64,000 nucleotides of DNA from Patescibacteria group bacterium (GCA_016784445.1 JADHUR010000001.1:89128-153127); one strand, 5' to 3'; shown: positions 50,259 through 59,930, counted from the first letter of the stretch. Numbers and translations: made by a program. The notes: generated by a model from the letters alone, not told the origin.

Positions 50259-50755
50259 AAAATATAACATCACATCATAGCATGATCTATGAATCCAAAA
50301 ATTTTAACGTCAAAGCGCCGGACAACCCACACGTCGATAGAGATGATGGTGGGCATATTGTTATTTTCCCAAAAGAAAGACTCATTGACAGACAAGAACT
50401 CTCTCCAAAGCATGCTACTGAGTTGATGAGACTTACAGTGGTAGTTGGACAAGCGATGACAAAAATAATGAAAGATCACGGAGTAGATATTGGCAGGTTA
50501 AATTACCAAGATAATGGAAATTGGTCTGTGTTCAAACCAGAAGGACCATATTTACATATTCATATATATGGAAGAGCAAAAAGGGCCAAGACTCACAAAT
50601 ACGGACAAGCATGTCACTTTCCTCACAGAGACGACAAACCTGAATTCTACGAAAACTTTAAACCACTTAATAAAGAAGATATTAAAGACATTCGGGCTGA
50701 AATTGAGAAACTACTTAAAGAAGATAAATATTCTAACTCTAATTGGGGCTTATGA
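50255..50755 (+). CDS. HIT-like (histidine triad) nucleotide hydrolase/transferase
   Basis: GGHIVIFPKE and a histidine triad HLHIHIYGR (HxHxHxx). Confidence 0.55.
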   Translation: MKNITSHHSMIYESKNFNVKAPDNPHVDRDDGGHIVIFPKERLIDRQELSPKHATELMRLTVVVGQAMTKIMKDHGVDIGRLNYQDNGNWSVFKPEGPYLHIHIYGRAKRAKTHKYGQACHFPHRDDKPEFYENFKPLNKEDIKDIRAEIEKLLKEDKYSNSNWGL

Positions 50756-51174
50756 ACAAAACAAAAGGAGCTAAAATATTTGTAAAGAATGAAATGCTAG
50801 ATGAATATCTATTCATTCTTAGAGACGATAATCCAGACATTATAGAACCAGATACATGGGGTCTTTTAGGTGGTGGTATGAAAAAAGGAGAAAACCCTAT
50901 GGAAGCAATAAAACGTGAACTTAAAGAAGAGATAGATATTGAAGTAAACAATATTAGACAAATCAGATCAAGAAAAATAACTCATGAAGTACATGGTAGG
51001 ATATTTGAAATCGAGGGTTATTACTTTATTGGTACAACAGATACTTATGATTTATCTAATATTAAATTAAATGAAGGGCAAAGAGCAGATTTCTTTTCAT
51101 TAGAAGAAATAATGAAACAACCAAACATTTCTCAATCAATAGAAGAGTTAATTAGTAAAGGCTATATTAAATAA
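50743..51174 (+). CDS. NUDIX hydrolase
   Basis: Nudix box GGGMKKGENPMEAIKRELKEEIDI. Confidence 0.75.
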   Translation: MGLMNKTKGAKIFVKNEMLDEYLFILRDDNPDIIEPDTWGLLGGGMKKGENPMEAIKRELKEEIDIEVNNIRQIRSRKITHEVHGRIFEIEGYYFIGTTDTYDLSNIKLNEGQRADFFSLEEIMKQPNISQSIEELISKGYIK

Positions 51175-51827
51175 TGAGAAACATTGAAGAATACGTGAAA
51201 GATATAATGTCTAGTGAAACAGCTCACGACTTCAAACATGTCGACCGCGTAAGAAATTGGGCAATACAAATTGCCGAAAGTGAAAACTATACAGATTTAA
51301 AAATGGTTGAGATTGCAGCTCTCATGCACGATATAGGCTTGCCCCAGTCAGAACCAAGGAATATACATGGAGAAGTTGGTGCTAAAATGGCTAGAGAATA
51401 TCTAGTAGCTAACAATATACTTTCTGAAGATAAAATCGCTGATGTATGTAATGCCATAAGATATCACAATGCTAATCGCAAAGGAGAAGGTGTGCTATTA
51501 AATATCATACGTGACGCAGATATGATGGATATGTTTGGATCTATTGGTATAATGCGTGCATATACTTCAAAAGCAGATAAACAAGAATACGACCCTCTAA
51601 ATATCAAAGGTGAAACCTGGGAAATGACAGCAAAGGATTTTGATAAAAGGTTTGACAATAAAACAGAAATTGGATCATATATAATTGATCAAATAAATTT
51701 TCAAATTAGTTGTTATGATAATCTTCAAACAGAATCTGGGAAAAAGCTTGCAAAACCGTTAATTAAGTTTATGAAAGAATATATAATACAATTAGAAACT
51801 GAAATTAAACATGATAAACCTAGCTAA
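51174..51827 (+). CDS. HD-domain phosphohydrolase
   Basis: FKHVDRV...ALMHDIGL HD motif. Confidence 0.7.
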   Translation: MRNIEEYVKDIMSSETAHDFKHVDRVRNWAIQIAESENYTDLKMVEIAALMHDIGLPQSEPRNIHGEVGAKMAREYLVANNILSEDKIADVCNAIRYHNANRKGEGVLLNIIRDADMMDMFGSIGIMRAYTSKADKQEYDPLNIKGETWEMTAKDFDKRFDNKTEIGSYIIDQINFQISCYDNLQTESGKKLAKPLIKFMKEYIIQLETEIKHDKPS

Positions 51828-51842
51828 AATTACAAAAACTAT

Positions 51843-52979
51843 ATGAATAATATCGAAAACCCAAACTCAGTTGAACAATCCCCAGAAGTAATGAAACTTC
51901 CTGAAATTGAAGTACAAGAAAAAAAGGGTCCAATGCTTCTGTCTATTCTGCTCAGAGGATATGATCATGATTTCGGAGGACATCAGCACGAGTTATCTCA
52001 AGAAGTCGATAATTTCTTTAAGCAAAATCCTCTTAATGAAGAAACAATTAACTTCCTAAAAGAAATTAGAGCAATAGAGAGCAATGGTATAGATGGAGAA
52101 ACTTTATTCAATATGGCTCTCACTCGTGAAACAAATGAAACGGAAACACTATCAAAATTTGTTTCCGAATATAAAAACCCAATACAAAACCTTCAAGAAA
52201 TTAGAGATAAACTAATAGAAGCTTTAAATAATTTAGAAACTTCCCTACCTAGCGAATTAATGGATAAATTCGCTGAAGCCACCTCAGAAGATATTTCCAT
52301 GAGAAATAATAATCTAGAAGATCCACAAAAAAGAATCAAGCAATTAATAGAATTCTTTAAACCAAATGCTAAAACTACAAAAATAGAAAAAATTATCATT
52401 CTACCAACAAACTTCCTTTTCGATGAAAAATCAGGCTCTTGCATGTTTGGACCAAATAATGACATGTACATTAGTTCTCATATTGACAACCCACACAATA
52501 TGGAACATGAATTTTTGCACAGCGTTATCAACCCAATAATAACAAAACTTGAAGCTCAATTAACAGATGATCAAAAAATGAAAATCGTTGAATTAGCATC
52601 TAATAACTTAAAATACAGCCAAGAGTATGGCGAAGAATATTACAGTTTACTATGTGAGGAATTTATCCGTACCTACAATGACATTTTTCAAAAGGATGAT
52701 AAACCATTAACTGAAGATGATTTTGTTCAAAAAATCGACAGCGTAAGTGATGAACAATTCAATGATGCTATAACTAATAATGATATATTGAGAAAACAAT
52801 GCTCTCAATTAAATATTTCAACATTAGAAGAATTAAAACGAAGATCCAAAGAATACTATGATAAATTTGAAAAAAATGATCTAAGAAATATTATATTCTC
52901 TTTATATCAAGAATATGAAAAAGAAAAAGGTACTAATTTTGAACAATTTGTATTAGAACAATTTAGTAAAAGAATATGA
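51843..52979 (+). CDS. hypothetical protein with HExxH motif
   Basis: HNMEHEFLHSV contains HEFLH; it could be a zincin-like site but there is no other support. Confidence 0.35.
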   Translation: MNNIENPNSVEQSPEVMKLPEIEVQEKKGPMLLSILLRGYDHDFGGHQHELSQEVDNFFKQNPLNEETINFLKEIRAIESNGIDGETLFNMALTRETNETETLSKFVSEYKNPIQNLQEIRDKLIEALNNLETSLPSELMDKFAEATSEDISMRNNNLEDPQKRIKQLIEFFKPNAKTTKIEKIIILPTNFLFDEKSGSCMFGPNNDMYISSHIDNPHNMEHEFLHSVINPIITKLEAQLTDDQKMKIVELASNNLKYSQEYGEEYYSLLCEEFIRTYNDIFQKDDKPLTEDDFVQKIDSVSDEQFNDAITNNDILRKQCSQLNISTLEELKRRSKEYYDKFEKNDLRNIIFSLYQEYEKEKGTNFEQFVLEQFSKRI

Positions 52980-53350
52980 TAAACCTAGCTAAAGCAATAA
53001 TACAAAAAGAAGATAAATATCTTCTCTTGCAAAGATCATTCAAATCTCACTTCTTTCCTAGTCAGTATGATTTCCCTGGTGGAAAGATAAAAGAAGGAGA
53101 AAAAACAGAAGATGCTATAATTAGAGAAGTTAAAGAAGAGACTTCCCTATCAATTGAACTTGGTGAAAAGATTGGAAACTATCAATTTGTAGCAATGGAT
53201 AATAAACTTCACTTTCAAATATTTGAATCTAAATCTTTTACTGGAGATATTGAATTAAGTGAAGATCATACAGAAGCTATATGGGTAAGTAAAAAAGATT
53301 TAAAGCTATATGATTTAGCACCAATCGTTAAACTATATTTTGAAGAGTAA
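52976..53350 (+). CDS. NUDIX hydrolase
   Basis: Nudix box PGGKIKEGEKTEDAIIREVKEETSL. Confidence 0.75.
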   Translation: MINLAKAIIQKEDKYLLLQRSFKSHFFPSQYDFPGGKIKEGEKTEDAIIREVKEETSLSIELGEKIGNYQFVAMDNKLHFQIFESKSFTGDIELSEDHTEAIWVSKKDLKLYDLAPIVKLYFEE

Positions 53351-53367
53351 ATTATTAAAATAATATT

Positions 53368-53949
53368 ATGAAAAAATGTCCACATTGCGCTGAAGAAATT
53401 CAGGCAGAAGCAAAAAAATGTAAATATTGTAGCGAATGGTTAACAGAAACAAAAGAAGAAGAAAATATCTACGATAGAGTAGATAATGAAAAGCAACCAA
53501 CATCTAATATGCCTCCGGAAAAAGAAAAGAAAAACCTTGAAGGATTTAAGGGTTGGCTTGGATTTGTTTCCATATGGATAGCCGTTACTCCACTGTATAT
53601 ACTATCTAATTTTGTAAGATCGTATAGCTTTCTAATTGAAACTCAACCAAAGGCTATATTCTTTATGTCTTATGCTTTTACAATATTGTATATTGCATTC
53701 TATATATGGATTATCTACATTATGTATAGTAAAAAAAGAACATTTAAGTATTGGTTTCTTGGCGCAGCACTATTATCAATAGTCATATCTGTAACAGACT
53801 TCATTGGAATACCAAAAGAAACAATTGAACTTATGAAACAAAGTGGAAATAGTCCAGTAGTAGGAATATATGGATCAGTACTATATGCTGTTATCTGGAT
53901 AACTTACTTTTGGAGATCTAAAAGAGTTAAGAATACATTCATTAAATAA
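53368..53949 (+). CDS. membrane protein with N-terminal zinc-ribbon
   Basis: CPHCAEEI...CKYCSEW zinc ribbon, then 4 TM helices. Confidence 0.45.
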   Translation: MKKCPHCAEEIQAEAKKCKYCSEWLTETKEEENIYDRVDNEKQPTSNMPPEKEKKNLEGFKGWLGFVSIWIAVTPLYILSNFVRSYSFLIETQPKAIFFMSYAFTILYIAFYIWIIYIMYSKKRTFKYWFLGAALLSIVISVTDFIGIPKETIELMKQSGNSPVVGIYGSVLYAVIWITYFWRSKRVKNTFIK

Positions 53950-54106
53950 TAAACAACCGTGATTCCTAATATATTTACAAATTTGGAATAGACTATGGTG
54001 AATACGGTTCTGGATTTGATTCTATAAAACTTAAACCAATTAGATAGAGGAAATAAAAAAACAACGCTGATTATCTGACGTTGTTTTTAATTTTTCAGCA
54101 TAGAAA

Positions 54107-54358
54107 CTATGCACTGTGAGATAAAACACTTACTCTCAAGATCTCTTGTTCCACCCAAGGCGTTCCATTTTTCTCAGCCAATTCATAAAGCCTTCTCTGA
54201 AGCTCTTTATGATGCTCATAATCCGGATGACTAGCATTGAAATAGAAACTCTCAGCCAAGTACAATAAATGCGGACTTACAGTATTATGCAAGTGCATTT
54301 CATGAAGCTTTTCAACAATCTCTTGCTCGGTCATAACTGCAACATTCAAATCTGACAC
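54107..54358 (-). CDS. hypothetical protein (about 83 aa, GTG start)
   Basis: AGGAGG lies 7 nt upstream of GTG (VSDLNVAVMTEQEI...). The longer listed ORF 54107..54412 lacks an SD. Confidence 0.35.
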   Translation of the reverse strand: MSDLNVAVMTEQEIVEKLHEMHLHNTVSPHLLYLAESFYFNASHPDYEHHKELQRRLYELAEKNGTPWVEQEILRVSVLSHSA

Positions 54359-54377
54359 TTTAACCCCTCCTAGGATT

Positions 54378-54539
54378 TTAATTACTAAAATATTTAATAG
54401 CCAATCCAACACTCAATATAATAGTACTAGCAAATACTGTCTCTATATGATTGCTAAAACTCCTATCACTAGAAGAATAATAATCATATGCTGAAACAAG
54501 CAAGAACACTATACCAATAGCAATTAATATGATATCCAT
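54378..54539 (-). CDS. small hydrophobic peptide (53 aa)
   Basis: MDIILIAIGIVFLLVSAYDYY...; its start overlaps the stop of the upstream small ORF (ATGA). Confidence 0.3.
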   Translation of the reverse strand: MDIILIAIGIVFLLVSAYDYYSSSDRSFSNHIETVFASTIILSVGLAIKYFSN

Positions 54540-54694
54540 CAATTATCCAGCGTTTCTTCATTATTCTCGTCATATTCACCGTGATAATATGTATTACCCG
54601 ATTTTCTTGATTTATGACTAGCGAAAATAAACACAACTACAAGAACAAATAAACCATATACAATAATATGATTTTCATTGAACAATAACTCCAT
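54539..54694 (-). CDS. small hydrophobic peptide (51 aa)
   Basis: MELLFNENHIIVYGLFVLVVVFIFASHKSRKSGNTYYHGEYDENNEETLDN; AGGAGGG lies 11 nt upstream. Confidence 0.3.
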   Translation of the reverse strand: MELLFNENHIIVYGLFVLVVVFIFASHKSRKSGNTYYHGEYDENNEETLDN

Positions 54695-54774
54695 TTTTTA
54701 TATACCCTCCTATATATATTTGTTAAACAACAGATATCCCATATTAACTAATATATTTATAGCTGTCAATAATT

Positions 54775-54803
54775 AAAAAAGCCCCAATCTGTTAAGACGG
54801 GGC
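54775..54803 (-). terminator. intrinsic terminator downstream of the GC-rich small-gene locus
   Basis: gcccc-N13-ggggc hairpin; the A6 run on plus gives a T6 run on minus. Confidence 0.45.
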
Positions 54804-54926
54804 TTTGATTCTCCAGAACGAGAGGAGCGGTTCTTATTCTGCCTAATCTCCTTCATATGAAGGGAAGTGCAATTATCCGTTTATGAGTTCCTAGAACTCA
54901 CCATGTCGTTCTTAGAGAGGGATTGA

Positions 54927-55133
54927 TTACTTTGAAGATGATGGAAATGTTTCTTCGAGAAGTTCACGAGTTAGAATCTCAGCAAATTCCATCATTTCTT
55001 CTAATTCAATACCTATAGCCTTTGCCGCAGTGCCCATTTCTCGCTTGAAAGAATTGCCCAAACGAAGACCTCTTTCTGAAAGTCTATCCTTAAGCAACAA
55101 CATTGCAATCTCACCTTTTCTCTTTTCGTCCAT
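54927..55133 (-). CDS. small helical protein (68 aa) in a GC-rich island
   Basis: AGGAGG 6 nt upstream of ATG. The gene has its own promoter, an operator-like inverted repeat, a structured 3' region and a terminator. Confidence 0.45.
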   Translation of the reverse strand: MDEKRKGEIAMLLLKDRLSERGLRLGNSFKREMGTAAKAIGIELEEMMEFAEILTRELLEETFPSSSK

Positions 55134-55179
55134 TTTGGACCTCCTGTAATGTACTGTAACTACACACCCTGTAGTAAGG

Positions 55180-55198
55180 ATTCCTATTATTTAGGAAT
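55180..55198 (-). promoter_or_regulatory. inverted repeat ATTCCTA-N5-TAGGAAT at the predicted transcription start
   Basis: Perfect 7-bp arms, placed just downstream of the predicted -10 element; candidate operator. Confidence 0.35.
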
Positions 55199-55203
55199 AC
55201 TGG

Positions 55204-55232
55204 ATAATATCATATATTTAATACTTTGTCAA
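55204..55232 (-). promoter_or_regulatory. sigma70-like promoter TTGACA-17-TATTAT for the 68-aa gene
   Basis: Minus strand: -35 is the complement of 55227-55232 and -10 is the complement of 55204-55209. Confidence 0.45.
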
Positions 55233-55236
55233 TAAT

Positions 55237-55259
55237 AAAACAGCCTATACAGGCTGTTT
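55237..55259 (-). terminator. intrinsic terminator after the histidine kinase gene
   Basis: acagcct-atac-aggctgt hairpin flanked by A- and T-runs. Confidence 0.5.
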
Positions 55260-55270
55260 ATACAATCACG

Positions 55271-57487
55271 CTATTTTTTCTTTGTGGGTTTCTTTTTCTT
55301 AGCAGGTAATGGTAATGAGAAGCCAAACTTACTCCCCTTCCCTTTACCAGGACTAGATACAAAGGTTACACCATCATGAGCTTCAATAATCTTCTTAGCA
55401 ATATATAGTCCTAAACCTGAACCATTAGTGTCTACTTTAGTAATATCTGTGCCTCTAGCAAACTTTTCAAATAATTTATCTAAATCTTTTTTAGAAACAC
55501 CCATACCTGAATCTTCAATAAATATTCTTACTTGTTTAGAAGTTGTTTCAATAGATAGTTTTACAAAACCCTTAGACGTATATTTCAATGAATTGTCTAT
55601 AAAATTACCAACCACATCTCTAATCTTATCTCCATCTGCTGCTACTATTATTTTCTTCTTTGGTAAACTATAGGTATATTTTAATTTCTTCTTCTTAGCA
55701 GCCATGTCAAAATCTCTAGCTGTAGATCTAACAAGCTCTATAATATCTACCTGTTTTTTAGCAATCACTAATCTATTTGCTTCAATTCTAGAAATATTTA
55801 AAAAGGTATTTATAAGTCTAGACATTCTATCTGCATTAGCAAAAAGATCACTAATAACAATCTGTGCATCTTTAGGGAGTCTGCCAAAGTCTCCTTCTGA
55901 AAGCATAGAAAGATAACCTTTAATGCCAGAAAGTGGAGTGCGCAATTGATGAGATGCAATGGATAAAAATTCTGACTTTGCTCTATCTAATTGTTGAAGA
56001 TTATCATTTGCATAAGTTAATTTCTTATTACTCTTTTGCAGATCTGTAGTTGCTTCTTTAACTTTCTTCTTAAGCTTTGTATTAAATTGTTTGACCTGTT
56101 CATATAGCTGAGCATTATCTATTGCTACAGATGCTTGATTAGCAAGTATATCTATAAGCTCCAAATCTTCACTAGAATATGTTTCTTTAGATAATTTACT
56201 ACCAAGAGCTATAATGCCTATTAAACTATCTTCTTTAACAAGTGGGGCTAACATTGCGATATTACTCTTATTCATAGCAATATGGGCCTTTTTGAGGCTA
56301 TCTACGGTACTTGTATCTAGAATAGACTTAGATATTATTGGTATTTCATCTGCAAGCAATGGAGCCCTACTTAATGCTAAATATTTAAGTAAATGTTTAT
56401 TATGAACAATTGTTTCAATTTCACCCACACTAGCTCCATAGGCCATCATAACATCACAATGTGGTTGTCCATTATTATCTGAACAGATTATTAAACCTGA
56501 ATTTTCTAAACTGAAAGAATCATTTACAGTATTAATTATTGAATCTACAATATCTTCTAAATCTATAATAGAAGTTAAATGATGACTTAAATCCCTCAGT
56601 ACTGATTGATAATCATACATATCTGTAAAAAAGTATCTATTCGCAATACCTGAGAATAGATTGCGCAATGGTTGAATGGTAAGAAGACCAACAATTAGTC
56701 CTAATATCTCCCAATTATCTATTCTTGGAAAATTCCAACTGAATATATTAAAAATAAACTTACTTAGACCAATTGCTACTAATAAGGACAATACATTGAT
56801 TAATCCCCTTTGAATGATTAATCTGTGATCCATAAATCTATGGCGAACAATTGCATAAGCAAGTAGTGATAGGAATAATAATCCTCCAATATATGCGATT
56901 GGATAAACTGTAATGCTATATGCTGGTAAAAAACCAGTTATTCCAAAGATAACAAATATTAAAAAAGCGAGTAATACATAGCGTGATTGAGCACGAGCAA
57001 GACCAGACTTTGTTTTGTTAAAATATTTGTATAAATCTTTGAAGAGAAGAACAATAAAAATAGCATAATAGCCTAAGAAGAGATGATGAAATAGTTGAGC
57101 TTTAGTATGTGCTCCCCAATCATAATAGAAAACATCTGCTACAAAATATTCTGTTTTAAGCATAATAACAAAAAATATTCCTACAATATATGTTAATAGT
57201 ATTGATTGTCTACTTTTTTTATTCTTAGTAAATAGAACACTAAAATGATAAAACAATGCTGGCATCATACAAATGCCAATATAAACAAACTTATCCCAAA
57301 ATATTATCTCAGGTTCTGTTAAACCAATAAATAGTTTATATGTTCCAATGAGCCAAATAGTGACTGTAAGTGAAAGAAAAAAGAAAACAATATTTAATTT
57401 AGATTTAATATTTTTAAGTAAAATAAAAAAACCCAATCCTAAAACAAAGATTGCAGACAGTAATGGTAATACTTGTATCAAGTCCAT
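55271..57487 (-). CDS. sensor histidine kinase (multi-TM sensor + GAF + HisKA + HATPase_c)
   Basis: About 9-10 N-terminal TM helices, a GAF-like region, H-box SIASHQLRTPL, then N, G1 (DSGMGV) and G2 (GSGLGL) boxes and a Lys-rich tail. No response regulator within the window. Confidence 0.8.
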   Translation of the reverse strand: MDLIQVLPLLSAIFVLGLGFFILLKNIKSKLNIVFFFLSLTVTIWLIGTYKLFIGLTEPEIIFWDKFVYIGICMMPALFYHFSVLFTKNKKSRQSILLTYIVGIFFVIMLKTEYFVADVFYYDWGAHTKAQLFHHLFLGYYAIFIVLLFKDLYKYFNKTKSGLARAQSRYVLLAFLIFVIFGITGFLPAYSITVYPIAYIGGLLFLSLLAYAIVRHRFMDHRLIIQRGLINVLSLLVAIGLSKFIFNIFSWNFPRIDNWEILGLIVGLLTIQPLRNLFSGIANRYFFTDMYDYQSVLRDLSHHLTSIIDLEDIVDSIINTVNDSFSLENSGLIICSDNNGQPHCDVMMAYGASVGEIETIVHNKHLLKYLALSRAPLLADEIPIISKSILDTSTVDSLKKAHIAMNKSNIAMLAPLVKEDSLIGIIALGSKLSKETYSSEDLELIDILANQASVAIDNAQLYEQVKQFNTKLKKKVKEATTDLQKSNKKLTYANDNLQQLDRAKSEFLSIASHQLRTPLSGIKGYLSMLSEGDFGRLPKDAQIVISDLFANADRMSRLINTFLNISRIEANRLVIAKKQVDIIELVRSTARDFDMAAKKKKLKYTYSLPKKKIIVAADGDKIRDVVGNFIDNSLKYTSKGFVKLSIETTSKQVRIFIEDSGMGVSKKDLDKLFEKFARGTDITKVDTNGSGLGLYIAKKIIEAHDGVTFVSSPGKGKGSKFGFSLPLPAKKKKPTKKK

Positions 57488-57536
57488 GTCCTCCTAAAAA
57501 AACTTTATTAATATGTATATTATACTCGAAATCTAA

Positions 57537-57914
57537 TTATCCACCAACTATATATGGATAAAAGATTAATATTCCAATTATTATTGCTGCAATACTAGCA
57601 AGAAGTACAGCTGCTGCCATCATGTCTTTAAGCACTGCAACATAATGATGAATCTTAGGTTTTAAAATATCCGCCATTCGTTCCATGACAGTATTAATTA
57701 TCTCAAGTATTAAGACAGTAAATATTACTAATATTAATATAACTGCTTCTTTTAATGTGATGTGTAAATAAAACATCATAGCAGTAACAAATAATGCTAT
57801 GAATAACTCTATTCTAAAATTCTGTTCATCTTGCCAGACTTTTATAAGTCCACGCCAAGCTCTAGAAATACTTTTAAATGTTTTTTTGAAATAAATCATA
57901 GATATTTTTTTCAA
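57537..57914 (-). CDS. dgkA: diacylglycerol/undecaprenol kinase (DgkA family)
   Basis: 3 TM helices and the EQNFRIEL...EIINTVMERMAD signature. Confidence 0.75.
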   Translation of the reverse strand: MKKISMIYFKKTFKSISRAWRGLIKVWQDEQNFRIELFIALFVTAMMFYLHITLKEAVILILVIFTVLILEIINTVMERMADILKPKIHHYVAVLKDMMAAAVLLASIAAIIIGILIFYPYIVGG

Positions 57915-58290
57915 CTTTACTCATCTTAATATAATCTGAATCTTTTTCATGATCATATCCGGCTATATGCGTTAAACCATGAATAGTTAATTTAATAAGC
58001 TCTTCTTCTAAATCTAAATTATTTTCTTTAGCTTGTCTTATTGCTTGTTTTAAACAGATAAAGACCTCACCCTCATTACCATAAAAAAAAGATAAAACAT
58101 CGGTTATCTTATCCTTCTTTCTATATAGCTTATTAAGTTGTTTAATTTTAGCTTCCGTAACAAAAATTATACTAATATCTAATTTACTAAGCTTTAATTT
58201 CCCAACAGCAAAGGCACTCAGTTTTTGCAGAGTAGATAATACTTTTTTATCTAACTTTTCTGTATATACAAAACTTACAGGAGCTATCAT
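57874..58290 (-). CDS. ybeY: rRNA maturation endoribonuclease YbeY
   Basis: Zinc motif HGLTHIAGYDHE. Confidence 0.8.
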   Translation of the reverse strand: MIAPVSFVYTEKLDKKVLSTLQKLSAFAVGKLKLSKLDISIIFVTEAKIKQLNKLYRKKDKITDVLSFFYGNEGEVFICLKQAIRQAKENNLDLEEELIKLTIHGLTHIAGYDHEKDSDYIKMSKVEKNIYDLFQKNI

Positions 58291-58291
58291 A

Positions 58292-59920
58292 TTAATTATT
58301 TACTTCAATTGTTTCTTCCACCTCTGCCTGACATGCACCAGCTATTAAAGTTCCATCCGTAAGCACATTTAGATAATATCCTGTACTTTCTATAGTACCA
58401 TCTAATGGATCACTTGGAATTGATACTAAATAATCTGGCACTAAAATTGAAGTAAGGTCTGCACATTGTGTTATTGTAGAAACATTATCACAAGACATTG
58501 CGCAATCCCCTGCATTATTACCTATCATCTGATATGAATCAACATCATCATCAATTATTTCTGGAAGTGTTAAATTCTCAACTTGATATTCAAGTAATGC
58601 AAAACGTATATCTGTAATATCTTTTAATCTTTGCGCATCTCTATTTTCAGAAGGTAAGCCCTCATCTATTGTAATAAGTTCCCAACTATTAAGCATCATA
58701 TCATATGTTGCCTGGTAATTTAGCTGATTAGTTGTACCAACATTATATATTATTGAATAAATGCTACTACCAACACCAAGGTATGTGTATCTACCAGCAC
58801 CCGCTTGGACACCAACGATATTATTTAGAACAATTTCTTCTAAACTATCTGCCTCAATATCTTCATTATAACTTAAATACCAATTTCGAGCAGAAAGACC
58901 TAGTGGATTTTCAAGTACAAGTATCTGAACAAATTCTGTTGTTTCAGAATTAAATATTACCTGTTCCTTTTCTTCTGTTAAAGCTCTGACAGTCCATTCG
59001 GTTGGGTATAGGATGGAATAATTATATTCAGTATTAATATATTGTGTAACAGTTTCGGTATCTGCAAGTAATGTAGCTACTTGAGCTGGGTCATACAGAT
59101 TTACCAATTCACTGGCATCTGAATAACCATCTTCATCAGTATCTACCAATGCTGAGTTTGTTGCATATAGATTTTCTTCAATATCTGTTAATCCATCTTC
59201 ATCTGTATCCAAACCAGAGATTAGTTCAATTGCTAAATCATCTCCTGTGTCTGGAGCAGCTTCTTCTTCACCATTTTCAATAAATGGCTCAATTAAACTA
59301 GGTCCTGCCTGATACTCTCCACTCTTTAAAGTAAGAATGCCTAATACTCCACCCTCTTCAAGAGTAAAGGTTAATTTATATGATTGATTACTATTCTGCG
59401 GTACATAAATATATGAATTTCCACCAGGACTTGGATTAATTGGAATATTATCTAAATAATTATCCAAAAGATCATCCATAATATCTGGATAAGCTTTCAT
59501 CTCCTGATAATATAAGGCAAGTGCAGAACGTACTCCTGTTATGTCATCGAGTCTCTGCCTATCTCTATCTACTGGAGTAGAAGAAACTTCTTCTTCCTCT
59601 TCATCAACTTCATCTAATGGTAGCAAATCATTATTTAAAGGTGGATTGATTAAAAGATTATCTTCAGGTATCACAGTCATGGTGCTATAGAACCAAAAAC
59701 CAGCAGCTATAACTGCAATCACAACAATAGCTGCAATAATAATCATAAGCTTTGGAGAACTCTTTCCTTTACTAGGTTTAATAGGACCAGAACCATCAGG
59801 TTTTGGCATTGTATATATTTCTCCTGTCATGCTATTTCCTAAAGTTTGACTAGCATCTGAGCCTGTATTATCTACTAATTGACTCCCAGTTGTTTCTTGG
59901 TTTTTGTTATCTGTAAACAT
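58292..59920 (-). CDS. membrane-anchored surface protein with two pseudopilin-like motifs and TSP3-like Ca-binding repeats
   Basis: A single TM helix (residues about 60-80) and an acidic linker. Two copies of R(D)xQRLxDITxxRxALxxY (pseudopilin-like) and DTDEDGLTD / DTDEDGYSD repeats. Confidence 0.5.
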   Translation of the reverse strand: MFTDNKNQETTGSQLVDNTGSDASQTLGNSMTGEIYTMPKPDGSGPIKPSKGKSSPKLMIIIAAIVVIAVIAAGFWFYSTMTVIPEDNLLINPPLNNDLLPLDEVDEEEEEVSSTPVDRDRQRLDDITGVRSALALYYQEMKAYPDIMDDLLDNYLDNIPINPSPGGNSYIYVPQNSNQSYKLTFTLEEGGVLGILTLKSGEYQAGPSLIEPFIENGEEEAAPDTGDDLAIELISGLDTDEDGLTDIEENLYATNSALVDTDEDGYSDASELVNLYDPAQVATLLADTETVTQYINTEYNYSILYPTEWTVRALTEEKEQVIFNSETTEFVQILVLENPLGLSARNWYLSYNEDIEADSLEEIVLNNIVGVQAGAGRYTYLGVGSSIYSIIYNVGTTNQLNYQATYDMMLNSWELITIDEGLPSENRDAQRLKDITDIRFALLEYQVENLTLPEIIDDDVDSYQMIGNNAGDCAMSCDNVSTITQCADLTSILVPDYLVSIPSDPLDGTIESTGYYLNVLTDGTLIAGACQAEVEETIEVNN

Positions 59921-59930
59921 TTATTTTAAA

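Noticed and set aside
54775-55260. tmRNA or RNase P RNA in the GC-rich region
   Set aside because: No tRNA-like 3' end (GGTTCGANTCC...CCA), no tag reading frame and no P4 helix consensus were found. The region is retained only as an unexplained structured locus.
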